Positions 1 through 10,230 of a DNA stretch of 64,000 bases are shown here, one piece after another. Origin of the DNA: Candidatus Latescibacterota bacterium (GTDB lineage: Bacteria > Latescibacterota > UBA2968 > UBA8231); contig CBDCXV010000010.1 in assembly GCA_965223905.1 (NCBI GenBank), positions 384,001 through 448,000 on the forward strand, given 5' to 3'. Made by a program: the position numbers and the translations under genes. The notes below the pieces were generated by a model, which had not been told where the DNA came from, made no database searches, and saw only the letters and a list, made by a program, of their open reading frames with translations. Position 1 is the first letter of the stretch. Every line of letters starts with the position of its first letter.

Positions 1-131
1 CCTCGCGGCGGGTCAATATCTCCCTTGACCGCGGCCTGCTCGACGCCATCGACGACGAGGCCAGGCAGCGCCGCATGACCCGGTCGGCCTTCCTGGCGAC
101 GGCCGCCCGGCACGAGATCGAGGGCACGTGA
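1..131 (+). CDS. hicB: HicB-family antitoxin, C-terminal ribbon-helix-helix part (5'-partial)
   Basis: Frame from nt 3 reads SRRVNISLDRGLLDAIDDEARQRRMTRSAFLATAARHEIEGT*, the typical HicB RVNISL...ID...TRSAFL tail. Not in the ORF track. Confidence 0.75.
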   Translation, partial: SRRVNISLDRGLLDAIDDEARQRRMTRSAFLATAARHEIEGT

Positions 132-490
132 CCGGAGGCGACGGAGAAGGCACGAACGCAGACCAAGAGCGGGACCCGGGACGGGTGTTCGGGTGAGCCG
201 GTGAAGGACCCGTACTGGTGATGGTTGTGCGCCCAGAGGAAACTGAGGCGAGATACGGCGTGCCGGTTCTCGAGAGAGAACGGTCCTGGCGCGAAGAACG
301 ATGAAGGAGGCGTGGCATCTGTACGAGGCGGTGATCGGCAACACCCGCCTGTGGTTCAAGCTACAGGCTTCGTGTTCTTCTAGGACGCCGGCGGCGTTCT
401 TCGAGTACCGGTTCACGGGGGCCGAGTACACTCCGGTGAATGGAGACCGTCCGGTGACCCCTTTCAGGTTGTCGGAACGTTGCCAGCACA

Positions 491-1853
491 TTGCCAACCG
501 GTCGGCAATTGTCGACCAGCTCCCCCATCAAGACGCGAAACGTTAGGTACGAGAATTACATCCGCGAGATGGAGGAGCGGATCGCCGAGCGCGACGAGCA
601 GGTGCGGGAGGAGAGACGCCGGAGAGCGCAACGACCCGCGACTGGGGGCTCGATTCCGGCGGGGTCCAACGGACCGCGGGCTAGGCAGCCGGACCCAGCC
701 AAGACGCTGGCCCGAGCGCTCCGTCGGGTCAACGGGCTGATCGGCCAGGGCTTCTACTGCTCGATCCACGGTCGTCACCACCGCTACGGCGAGCAGGCCA
801 AGCGGAAGACCGTGGCGAGCCTTACCGAGACGATGGCGCAGATCTCGAGTTGGTGGCCGGCGGATCGCGAGTTGGCGATGTCGCGGATGGACGACATCGC
901 GGCACACTGGTTGCAGGTGAATCAGTCACAAGAGTGCGCGCAGCGGTCGGTGTGGGGCGATGGGGACATCCCTGACGTCCTTTACAAGTACATCCCCAGG
1001 GAACGGATAGGCGGACGGGGCGCCGGATACCCTGCGTGCGACACAGCTGCTGGCCCTGAACGACGACATGGAATGCAACGTCGTCGCGATGAAGGGCGGC
1101 GAGGAAGCCGCCCTCGAGTTCCTGCGGTCGGTGCAATCCAAGGTGAAGGAGCATCTGGGCGTCGACGTGCCGTGGGAGGACCTCCTGGTGCGGTGGCAGT
1201 TGTACGCCGATGTCAGGCTATCCACATACGTGCAGGAGTACTTGAACACCCGGTTGGGCGTTGTCTCGTTCAGCACCGACATACTGGTCCCGACGATGTG
1301 GGCGCACTACGCCCGGAACACGGGGATAGTGGTGGGTTACGACAGGGACGCGTTGAAGGCACTCGGGTTCGAGTTGAGGCCCGTGCTCTATTCGGAAATA
1401 GCCCCCGTCTGGGAACCGAGGGAAGGGGAGGACATCCGGCTCGATTTCGTCAACCGCGAGGACGTGGAACGGGAGCTGCGGTCGGGCCGGGATCGGGAAG
1501 GCTGGCCCATCCTCACGCGCACACAGCTCGCCACGTTCGGGGGGTATTGGAAGCTGCTGTCCCGACTACTGTTCGTGAAAGGCATGAGCTGGGCGTACGA
1601 GAAGGAAGTCAGGTTGCTGGTGGACCTCGAGCAGGCGCGCGACACCGGCAAGGTCCGCGATGGCTGGCCCGTCAAGGTGATCCAACCTCCGCGGGAGGCG
1701 ATAAGGGAAGTCTACGGCAGTACCAACACAAGGGAGGAGGACCTCGAACAGGCCGTTCAGGTGGCCCGCGGCGAACGCAAGGATGGGCTATTCGTCGGGC
1801 ATGTGTCGGGCCACGCTTTTCGCATGCAGAAAACCGGCGGGACTCGCTATTGA
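491..1853 (+). pseudogene. DUF2971-family protein, frameshifted near 1010-1020
   Basis: ORF from 491 contains VLYKYIP. A shifted frame continues TLRATQLLALNDDMEC...VVSFS...MWAHYA...GIVVGY...KGMSWAYEKEVR, the DUF2971 motif series. Start codon uncertain. Confidence 0.65.
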
Positions 1854-2174
1854 GTGGTGTGTCACGTTGGATTATCTGAACGGGCTTGGTGGCGAGGCAG
1901 GTCTGATCCGTACCCATTCACGGGGGCCGGAGAGTGGGAGTCGATGCGCGACGCTCACGTTGTGGGAGGCATTTCGGGTTCGCGGCGACGGTACCCGCGT
2001 GGGCGGACAGGTGTGGCCGGCATGGTGCCGGTCCAACAGCAATGGGCGGACCACCCGTGCTCACGTCCCTTGTATTCCGGGACTTGCTCTATGACTGGGG
2101 GGGGGTCAGCGCACGGGAGTGTGAAGATTTTCACCCGCCTCAGGTACGCCCCGCCACGGCTGGGCGCCGCATCC

Positions 2175-3224
2175 TTACCCTTTGCGTCCCGTAATGAAGA
2201 GGCTGGATGACCGCTCCTCCCCCGGATGCGGGGGAGGCAGGGATTCGTCCCTTATCCGCCGCCAGATCCAGCCGAGGGTCATGACGTCGGGGCCGCCCCC
2301 GACGCGGCGGTTCGGCACAGCCTTGACCCGGCCGTCCCGCAGCTCCCCGACCACGAAGCGGAACACGTACGCCGGCTCGAACCCCATGCGCAGGTCGGCC
2401 ATCTGGATTTCGCTGCCGATCAGGCGCACCCCGTAGAATCCCTTGGTGACTCGCTTCAGGTCGGCTACCGGCTCCTCCTCGGCCATGGCCTCGAGCAGTC
2501 TCCGGTCGTCCGGGTAGCGGGTGAAGCGGACGCGCTCCGAATCGTCGAGGAGGGAGTAGTAGCCGATGCGATAGCCGTCGCTGTCCATCGCCACGACGCG
2601 CCAGAGCAGGATGTTGAAGGGAGTGGCCCCGGAGGTGAAGGCCCCCGCTTCGGGATCCCCACGCAGGGTTTCGCGCACGGCCCCGTCGACGTGAAGCTTG
2701 GCGGCAATGCTGAGGAGGAGGTAGCCGGAGCTGAGCAACAGACCCATGCGGTTCCAGCGCGCCCCTCTCTCTCCTCCCGACGCAATCGCCGCGATCACAC
2801 CGGCGAGCAGCGGCAGGCTGTAGAGGGGATCGAGGATGAACAGGGTCGACCAGGCGGTCGGCGCCACCGGCAGCGGCCAGAGCAGCTGCGTGCTGTACGC
2901 GGTGAAACCGTCGAGCAGGGCGTGCGTCGCCAGGCAGAGGAAGGCCAGCAGCCAGCGGCGGAGGCGGAAGGGCAGGATCGCCGACTGCACCCGCCCCATT
3001 ACCCAGGCGATGGCCGGGGTCGCCGCGGCGTGCAGGAGCAGCGAGTGAGTGGGGCCGCGATGGTGGGTGAAATCGGCGACGTCGTCCCCGAGGGGCACGA
3101 ACACGTCGAGGTCCGGGATCGTGCCGAGAACGGCGCCCCATACCAGGGCCTTGCGGCCCGCCTGCCGCCCCAGAACCCCGTACCCGACCGCGGCGCCGAG
3201 GGCCGCCTGGGTCAGCGAATCCAC
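2175..3224 (-). CDS. Membrane metal-dependent hydrolase (YdjM/DUF457-like)
   Basis: MDSLTQAALGAAVG, GTIPDLD, HHRGPTHS and THALLDGFTAY motifs; several hydrophobic segments. Confidence 0.85.
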   Translation of the reverse strand: MDSLTQAALGAAVGYGVLGRQAGRKALVWGAVLGTIPDLDVFVPLGDDVADFTHHRGPTHSLLLHAAATPAIAWVMGRVQSAILPFRLRRWLLAFLCLATHALLDGFTAYSTQLLWPLPVAPTAWSTLFILDPLYSLPLLAGVIAAIASGGERGARWNRMGLLLSSGYLLLSIAAKLHVDGAVRETLRGDPEAGAFTSGATPFNILLWRVVAMDSDGYRIGYYSLLDDSERVRFTRYPDDRRLLEAMAEEEPVADLKRVTKGFYGVRLIGSEIQMADLRMGFEPAYVFRFVVGELRDGRVKAVPNRRVGGGPDVMTLGWIWRRIRDESLPPPHPGEERSSSLFITGRKG

Positions 3225-3239
3225 CTGGATTCTCCTGTG

Positions 3240-4349
3240 CTACGCCGAGATGTCCGGGGGACCGCTGTAGCCGATGCTCTCCCAGCCGGCCTGGTCGCCG
3301 CCGTAGAGCCGGTAGGGGTGCGGGTAGAGCTTGAGCGAGCGGTCCTCGAGAGGCAGCTCGATGCGCTCCCCCCCGCGGGCCGCCGAGTGGGTCAGGGCGA
3401 TGGCTATTTCGAAGGCGCGCAGGTAGTCGGCGCCGCTGCAGGGAAACTCGCTGCTCCCCGCATCGCAGGCGGCGACGAGCCGGTCGACGGCGTGGCGGAT
3501 CATGTGCATGGCCCCGGGAGACTGCGGCGGTCCGTCGAGAAACCCGGGAAAGACCGGGCTCGCTTCGGCCCCGGTTCCCAGCACCATCACCGGCCGCGGC
3601 CGCGAGATCCAGACGCGGCCGTTCTCGCCGCTGACCGAGAGGATGCAACCGCCGCGCCCGAGCTGGGGGTCGAGCACCTCGCAGACGGCGCCCCCGGCAA
3701 GTCCGAGCCTGCCGTACGCGGGCCGGTCGATCTCGGTGTCGCTCTCGGCCTCGGCGGCGACAAAGGTCGGCTCCGGGGGATGGGTGGCCCCTTCGACCCA
3801 CTCCACCGACAGGCCGGTGACGAAGCGCATCATGGCCAGGGTGTGGCAGCCGCCGCCGGAGACCTCGGTGGGCAACCCGCCCGGGATGGCGGCCGCTGTC
3901 ACCTTTCCGAGGTGGCCCTCCCGCAGCCAGGCGACGGTCTCGGGCAGAAACGGCTCCCCCCAGTGGGCGGTGCCGCAGCCGAAAGCGGTGCCGCGCTCTC
4001 GGCAGATCCTCACGGTCTCGTCGGCGCGGGACAGCTGGTAATCGATCGGCTTCTCGCAGGACACCGCCCTGACCCCGGCCTCGGCGCAGGCGACGACGGT
4101 GTCGTGTATCCAGGCGACGGGGATGCTGGCGGTGACGATGTCGGGTACCTCGTCGGCCAGCAGCTCCTCGATGGAGTCGCAGGTGCGGGGGATTCCGTAA
4201 TGCTCTGCGAACCGCTGCCGTCTCTCCCGGGCCCTGTCGACGAGGGCGACGATCTCGCACTGCGGATGCTCGGCGCAGGCCCGGGTGTAGTAGCGGCCCC
4301 AGGTGCCGGCGCCGCCGACCACGGCGACGCGGTACTTCTTCGCTTCCAT
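3240..4349 (-). CDS. Gfo/Idh/MocA family oxidoreductase
   Basis: N-terminal Rossmann motif VAVVGGAGTWG and CEKP motif. Confidence 0.85.
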   Translation of the reverse strand: MEAKKYRVAVVGGAGTWGRYYTRACAEHPQCEIVALVDRARERRQRFAEHYGIPRTCDSIEELLADEVPDIVTASIPVAWIHDTVVACAEAGVRAVSCEKPIDYQLSRADETVRICRERGTAFGCGTAHWGEPFLPETVAWLREGHLGKVTAAAIPGGLPTEVSGGGCHTLAMMRFVTGLSVEWVEGATHPPEPTFVAAEAESDTEIDRPAYGRLGLAGGAVCEVLDPQLGRGGCILSVSGENGRVWISRPRPVMVLGTGAEASPVFPGFLDGPPQSPGAMHMIRHAVDRLVAACDAGSSEFPCSGADYLRAFEIAIALTHSAARGGERIELPLEDRSLKLYPHPYRLYGGDQAGWESIGYSGPPDISA

Positions 4350-4514
4350 GCCGCTTCTTCCCGTCTCAGGTCGAACTGCTTATCCTCGCGGCTGCATTGT
4401 ACGGCACGGCTCGCTGCGATCAACCCCGGTGTGGCGGTGCCGGAAAACCCGGCGGCCACCGCCTCCGAGCCTGCCGGCCGCCCGTTGCCTTTGCATGGCC
4501 AGGAGACCGAAAGC

Positions 4515-5596
4515 ATGAGAGCTGTCAGGGTGGGATTCATCGGCATCGGCCACATCGCCTCGCGGGCCCACCTTCCGGCGCTCGCGCCGCTGGTCGAGAG
4601 CGGGGAGGTCGTTCTGCAGGCGTTCTGCGACATCGACCCCGAGGCCCTGCAGAAACGCGCCGCAGAGTACGGCCCCGCGGCGACCTACGGAGACTACCGG
4701 CATATGCTCGACCGCGAGGAGCTCGACGCTGTCTACGTCTGCCCGGCCCCTACCCGGCACACCGGCGAGGTGAGGGAGGCCGCCGAAAGGGGGATTCACC
4801 TGTTCGTCGAGAAACCGGTCAGCTTCGACGCCGCCGAGGCGGTGGAGACCGCCGCGGTCATCGCGCGCGCCGGCATCGTCAGCCAGGTCGGCTTCCAGTT
4901 CCGCTACCACCCCTCGTCGGAGGCGGCCCGGCAGCTCCTGCGGCAGCGAACCTCCCGGCACGCCTCGATCCAGATGTTCTACTCCGGAAAGCCGCTGCGC
5001 TGGTGGACGAGCCGCTACGAGGAGTGCGGCGGCTCTTTCGTCGAGAACACCATCCACATGGTCGACCTGCTGCGCTACCTGCTCGGCGACATCACCGACG
5101 TCTCCGCCTTCTACCAGTGGCGCCGGCCCGGCGAGGGTCCCGAGCCGATGAACCTGCCGCACGTGTACACCGCCAACTTCCGCTTCGCTTCCGGCCTGCT
5201 CGCCAACGCCTCGACGGCGAGGTGCTGTACGACGGCGACTCCGGCCCCGGCCGCCGCGCCCTGACAGTCGTCGGCGACGACTCGATCGTCGAGTGGAGCA
5301 GCGACAGGGTGGTCGAGAACGGAACCGCGGTCTTCGAGGACGAGGAGGCGGCCAGGGGCGGCCGGAACTGCCAGGCGCTGCAGGCGCGCGCCTTCATCGC
5401 CGCGGTCAGGGCCGAAGACCCGACGGCGACGCGGTCGCCCTACCCGGCCAGCGTCAACAGCCTCGCCGCGGTGCTGGGGGCGAACTGCTCGGCCGAGCGG
5501 GACGGAGAGAGGTTGAGCCTCGACGACGTCGCCGCCGGCAGGGTCTCATGGAACCGGCGCGCCGCCGCGGGTCAGGGGATACCGCCCCTGGAATGA
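4515..5596 (+). pseudogene. Gfo/Idh/MocA family oxidoreductase, single frameshift near 5220
   Basis: MRAVRVGFIGIGHIA...VEKP...GGSFVENTIHMVDL after RBS aggag. The C-terminus (VLYDGD...QARAFIAAVR) continues in another frame to 5596. Confidence 0.8.
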
Positions 5597-5695
5597 TCCG
5601 GCCCCGGCGCATGGCACTCGTTGTTTTTCCACCGCTGAACGCCGTATTGTTTCGATCGCGTCACGCCCCCAGACCTTGAGCAAAAAGGAGCACCC

Positions 5696-6571
5696 ATGCT
5701 GACACAGGAACAGGTCGAAGCCTACCACGCCCGGGGCTACATCAGCGTGGAAGGGGTTTTCCCGGACACGGAGATCGAGGAGCTCAGGCGGGTAACCGAG
5801 GAATTCGTCGAGCGCTCCCGGCAGGTTACGGAGAACGACGAGGACTTCGACCTCGAGCCCGGGCACAGCGCCGCGTCCCCGCGCCTGCGGCGGCTCAAGC
5901 ATCCCGAGGAGCTGCACCCGGCGTACGACCGCATCTTCCGCGACAGCCGCATTCTCGACAAGGTCGCGCAGCTGATCGGCCCGGACATCCGTCACTTCAG
6001 CGGCAAGCTCAACATGAAGTCGGCCGGGTTCGGCAGCCCGGTCGAGTGGCACCAGGACTACGCCTTCTGCGCGCGCACCAACGAGGACATCCTGGCCGTG
6101 GGAGTGGCCATCGACGACATGAGCCTGGAGAACGGCTGCCTGCTGGTCGTCCCCGGATCGCACCGGGGGCCGATCTACAACCACTACCAGGAGGAGTTCT
6201 TCGTCGGGGCCGTCACCGATCGCGACTTCGGCGCGGAAAACGCGGTTCCGGTCGAGGTGAAGGCGGGCGGGATCACCATCCACCACGGCACCATGCTGCA
6301 CGCCTCGGCACCCAACACCTCCCAGACCCGGCCGCGCCGTCTCTACCTGCTGCAGTACTGCGCCGCCGATGCCTGGCCCATCAAGAACCCGCCTGAGGAC
6401 ATGGCCGCGTTCGACGCCTGCATCATCAGGGGGAAGCCGGTCGCCAAGCCGCGGCGCACCGACGTTCCCGCGGTTCCCGCGCCGGCTGTCATCCGCCCGG
6501 GACGCAGCGGCTCCATCTACGAGAGCCAGACCCAGCTGAACCGCCCGATGGTGGTCGCCGGGGACCGCTGA
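5696..6571 (+). CDS. Phytanoyl-CoA dioxygenase (PhyH) family protein
   Basis: LTQEQVEAYHARGY, WHQD, ENGCLLVVPGSH and H...R motifs; RBS aaggag. Confidence 0.9.
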   Translation: MLTQEQVEAYHARGYISVEGVFPDTEIEELRRVTEEFVERSRQVTENDEDFDLEPGHSAASPRLRRLKHPEELHPAYDRIFRDSRILDKVAQLIGPDIRHFSGKLNMKSAGFGSPVEWHQDYAFCARTNEDILAVGVAIDDMSLENGCLLVVPGSHRGPIYNHYQEEFFVGAVTDRDFGAENAVPVEVKAGGITIHHGTMLHASAPNTSQTRPRRLYLLQYCAADAWPIKNPPEDMAAFDACIIRGKPVAKPRRTDVPAVPAPAVIRPGRSGSIYESQTQLNRPMVVAGDR

Positions 6572-6702
6572 CAGCGGGGGATCCAGGACCAGAGCTGCGC
6601 GCAGTTCCGAGTGAATTCCGTCGACTCCGCAGAACCAACAACGAAAAAGAGAAGAAAAAACACTCAATCAAATCGTTGAACCCCCGGGTGCACCCGGGGA
6701 TG

Positions 6703-6732
6703 TTGACAGGCGCTTCCCAAGGAGGCTATCCT
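6703..6732 (+). promoter_or_regulatory. Putative sigma70 promoter for the 6957 gene
   Basis: TTGACA-N18-TATCCT, preceded by the palindrome ccccgggtgcacccgggg (6682-6699). Confidence 0.4.
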
Positions 6733-6956
6733 TTCTCAAAATTGCGCTCTTTTGCACGGGAGAACGGGCGCTCTTTTACTTGCGCGTCTCCAACCTATAA
6801 GCTGTCCGGGAGATCCCGGCAGCGTGTCGCCTAAAATCGCATTACAAGACGATGCGCCAATCGAGGAGATATCCGACGGTATTGGGATATCCTGAACCTG
6901 CCTGAACGGACAAAGGGGAGTTGAACGGATCACAGAAAAGTTGGAGGAATGGCATC

Positions 6957-7997
6957 ATGAAAATATTGAAAGCACTTGTACTAGCCCTGATGGCACTTCT
7001 TATACTTACACGATCGGAAGGCTTTGCCAGCGCGGAGTGGATTGAAGTTGACGCATCTGGCAACATACCGGAGGGAAGTATAGTGGTAGGGTGTGATGAC
7101 GGATCGAGCAGGGACATGTGCGCGACCCCTGTGTACGTGTGTCGTGGTATGATTGAGGGCACATCATTCACAGGAAAAACAGGGCAAGGATGGGGATTCT
7201 GTAATATTGAACGGGACGGCCAGGAGCACCAAGTCACTCCACATTTCGTTTTGCATGGCAGGGTGAATGGTTATGCGCAGGCAGAAGCAGGCGGGACTAT
7301 CACTGCAGACAAGCAAGGTTTGTTCACTCAGGAACAACTGGAGGCGGCCGTCGCTGCGGGCAAGCAAGGCTTGTTCACTCAGGAACAACTGGAGGCGGCC
7401 GTCGCTGCGGGTAAGCAAGGCTTGGGTACTCATGCCCTACTTCACGAGACGCGTGCAGAGCGTCCTCCAGGTGGGCAATTTTGTAGTAGAAATTGCCGCG
7501 AAGCCGGTAGATTACTGTGCCCCCAACCCCATCTATCTGACATCTGTCACGGGGTTTCGGCAATTATTATGTATTCTCGTCAGGGCTCTGAGAACGCAGA
7601 GGATATTGTGCAGGCCTGGAGCTTAAAGGAGCCCTCCAAGCGCCGTAGATTGGAATCGACCTGTAAAGATGCAGGCGTGCCGTTACCGGAGAGCGGGGCT
7701 ACCACTGCAGGCAAGCAAGGTTTGGGTACTCATGCACTACTTCACGAGACGCGTGCCGAGCGTCCTCCAGGGCAATTTTGTAGTAGAAATTGCCGGGAAG
7801 CCGGCAGATTACAGTGCCCCCAACACCATCTATCTGACATCTGTCACGGGGTTTCGGCTATTATTACGTATTCTCGTCAGGGCTCTGAGAACGCAGAGGA
7901 TATTGTGCAGGCCTGGAGCTTAAAGGAGCCCTCCAAGCGCCGTAGATTGGAATCGACCTGTAAAGACGCAGGTGTGCCGTTACCGGAGATCCGCTGA
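6957..7997 (+). CDS. Secreted modular protein: signal peptide, DM9/DUF3421-like domain, short repeats, two Cys-containing ~95-aa repeats
   Basis: RBS ggagga; MKILKALVLALMALLIL signal; WIEV..GNIPEGSIVVG...VYVCRG...GK...CNI resembles DM9; visibly lower GC than the flanks. Confidence 0.7.
   Translation: MKILKALVLALMALLILTRSEGFASAEWIEVDASGNIPEGSIVVGCDDGSSRDMCATPVYVCRGMIEGTSFTGKTGQGWGFCNIERDGQEHQVTPHFVLHGRVNGYAQAEAGGTITADKQGLFTQEQLEAAVAAGKQGLFTQEQLEAAVAAGKQGLGTHALLHETRAERPPGGQFCSRNCREAGRLLCPQPHLSDICHGVSAIIMYSRQGSENAEDIVQAWSLKEPSKRRRLESTCKDAGVPLPESGATTAGKQGLGTHALLHETRAERPPGQFCSRNCREAGRLQCPQHHLSDICHGVSAIITYSRQGSENAEDIVQAWSLKEPSKRRRLESTCKDAGVPLPEIR
7308..7990 (+). repeat. Intragenic tandem repeats: 2 x 51 bp and 2 x ~300 bp
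   Basis: KQGLFTQEQLEAAVAAG twice. The long unit starts at 7410 and 7710 with near-identical DNA. Confidence 0.95.
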
Positions 7998-8262
7998 CAA
8001 TTAAAGTGACACCCAGCACGTAGAAGGGCGCACGCGTTGTGGCGAAGCGGTGTTCCTCCGGTTCTTGACCTTGGCCCGTTATATACGGCCCAGTCCATCC
8101 AGCCTGGCCCTTTGCCATCGGCATCATCGCTGGGCTTACCCCCAAAGCCGCATGCTGGGGGCTTCTTGCTCGTACCGGCGGAATTCAGTGCCTCCAAATT
8201 CCGTTCATGAAAAATACGGCGCGCCTCACCGCCCCTTCAGCGCGACATGGCTCTTTCCGCGG

Positions 8263-9030
8263 CTAGGCTTCGTAGATCACCGGGCTCATCCGAGGATCCT
8301 CCAGATGCGCGCTGTAAAAGCTCTGGTCGCCGGCTTTCGGTACGGCCCGTTCGTCGCGCATATGCACCGCCAGGCTGCAGCGCGGCGCCTCCGAGACGTT
8401 GGCGTTGGAGCCGTGGTAGGTCAGGCAGTGGTGGACGCTGAACCCTCCCGAGGGCATCAGGGCCGGGACTTCTTCCCAGGCCGCGCCCGCCGGCACCGCG
8501 ATGCCCTCCCGCAGCTTGCCCTGGTCCTTGTCGTAGAAATCCCCCTGATCCAGAAAGCCCCACCGATGCGATCCGCGCACGAATAGCATCGGCCCCGACT
8601 CCTCCTTCACCTCGCTCAGCGCGATCCAGGCCGTAAAAAGCCCCTCGTCATGCTGCCACACGTGCCAGTACTGGCGGTCTTGATGCCAGCCCACGTGACC
8701 CGCGGCCGCCGACCCCGGCGGCTTGATCAACAACTGGCTCGCCCACACCTGCACTCTCCGTGCGCCGGTGATCTCGGCCACCTTGCGGCCCACCTGCGGG
8801 CAAGTTGCCAGTCCACGCAGCCCGGTATCCGACCGATGAGGATTGTCGATCTTGCATAGCACGGCCGAATCATACCCGGGATGTTTGGTCGGCGGCAGCC
8901 CCGTATCGAACACCCCGTCGCGCACCGCCACCATCCTCTGCAAGGCCCTTTCCAGCACCTCGTCGGGGGCTATCCGTTCGTCCGCGATCCAATACCCGTC
9001 GCGCTCGTACTGCTCGATGGCTTGTCCCAT
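8263..9030 (-). CDS. PhyH family dioxygenase
   Basis: YERDGY, WHQD, TAWIAL, GPMLFVRGSH, YHGSNAN...PR. Confidence 0.9.
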   Translation of the reverse strand: MGQAIEQYERDGYWIADERIAPDEVLERALQRMVAVRDGVFDTGLPPTKHPGYDSAVLCKIDNPHRSDTGLRGLATCPQVGRKVAEITGARRVQVWASQLLIKPPGSAAAGHVGWHQDRQYWHVWQHDEGLFTAWIALSEVKEESGPMLFVRGSHRWGFLDQGDFYDKDQGKLREGIAVPAGAAWEEVPALMPSGGFSVHHCLTYHGSNANVSEAPRCSLAVHMRDERAVPKAGDQSFYSAHLEDPRMSPVIYEA

Positions 9031-9099
9031 GTGGATTCTCCCGAATTATCGCTGAAGGAACAGCAAGGCATTGACGCGATCATGCCCGGCGAGATGCCG

Positions 9100-9216
9100 T
9101 CAACGCAGCAACACGAGGCGGCGGGTCTGCCTGTCCTGCCCGGTGCTCAGGCGATAGAAGTACACCCCGCTGGACAGCGGCCGTCCCCGGTCGTCTGCTC
9201 CATCCCAGACCGCGTT
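9100..9216 (-). pseudogene. Orphan FlgD-Ig / T9SS-CTD-like C-terminal fragment
   Basis: NAVWDGADDRGRPLSSGVYFYRLSTGQDRQTRRLVLLR* matches the WDGxDxxG..SGVYFYRL tail; no plausible upstream gene body. Confidence 0.7.
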
Positions 9217-9284
9217 GCGCGCCGCCGCCTGCCCACTGCGAGGGGTTGCGTGCAGCCCATTACCCTCGCCTGCGGAGGGGCATG

Positions 9285-10163
9285 TCAACCGGCTTCGATG
9301 CTCTCCTGAATCGCCGCCATCTCCTCGAGCCTCTTCATGAACGGCAGGGCCTGGCGGACCTGGGTCCGCCAGTCCGGTAGCGCCGGGACGCAGTCGAGGG
9401 AGAGGTACCCCGAAAAGGAGATGTCGTTCAAGGCGCGGATCACCTGCAGGAAGTCGATGTGGCCGGTGCCGGGAAGCTGCCGGTTGCTGTCGGCGAGGTG
9501 GACGTGCATCAGGCGATGGCCGGCGAGCCGCAGGGCGTCGGTCAGGGCTCTGTCCTCGATGTTGACGTGGAAGAAGTCGGCGAGCACCCCGAGGTTGTCC
9601 ATCGCCAGCTCGTCGGCGATGCCGACCGCTTCGGCCAGGCTGTTGAGAAAGCCGGCGTACCCCTCGAAGCGGTTGATCGGCTCGATGGCGACCGCCACCC
9701 CGGCCTGCGCCCCGTGCTCGGCGATAGCGCGCGCCGACTCGACGAAACGGGCCCGCAGCTCGCTGCGCGGGATCTTCGTCTGCGGGTAGTCGTTCTCCGC
9801 GGGACAGGCGACGATCTCGAAGGTCGGCGGCTTCTCGAAGGTAGCGGCGAGGTCGATGCACTTCCTGGCGTAGTCGACGCCGTGCTGGCGCACCCTGCCG
9901 TCCCCGGAAGCCAGGTCCCGCTCCTCGCCGGCGTGCCACAGGGCCCAGGCCCCTATCAAGGCCGGCACCTCGAGCCCCAGCGAGCCGGCGATATCCCTGA
10001 CTTCGTCGAAGCGGGCCGCGGGGATGCGGTCCGGCTCCGCATCGAGGTCGACGCCGTCGAAGCCGGCCCCGGCGACCGTTTCGAGCACGCCTCGCGGATC
10101 CTCCCAGACGTCGCCGCCGCCTGCCGCCAGGGTGCAGAGGATTACGGAGTATTTGTGCGCCAT
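9285..10163 (-). CDS. Sugar phosphate isomerase/epimerase (xylose isomerase-like TIM barrel)
   Basis: IEPINRFE, DFFHVNIE and HVHLADSNRQLPGTGHIDF motifs. Confidence 0.9.
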   Translation of the reverse strand: MAHKYSVILCTLAAGGGDVWEDPRGVLETVAGAGFDGVDLDAEPDRIPAARFDEVRDIAGSLGLEVPALIGAWALWHAGEERDLASGDGRVRQHGVDYARKCIDLAATFEKPPTFEIVACPAENDYPQTKIPRSELRARFVESARAIAEHGAQAGVAVAIEPINRFEGYAGFLNSLAEAVGIADELAMDNLGVLADFFHVNIEDRALTDALRLAGHRLMHVHLADSNRQLPGTGHIDFLQVIRALNDISFSGYLSLDCVPALPDWRTQVRQALPFMKRLEEMAAIQESIEAG

Positions 10164-10230
10164 TGGGTTTCCCCTTTACCTCAGGACGCGAACGATGGAA
10201 GAGCTTCCGCTTTCAAGGAGATGATGAGCA

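Noticed and set aside
301-546. 81-aa ORF upstream of DUF2971
   Set aside because: No recognisable motif; coding status cannot be supported.
2140-5264. Long overlapping ORFs (706 aa at 2140-4260, 1012 aa at 2226-5264) and many similar ORFs across the window
   Set aside because: Shadow frames of high-GC genes, rich in Arg/Pro/Gly or antisense to recognised genes. Only the 4515 onward part of the 1012-aa ORF is real.
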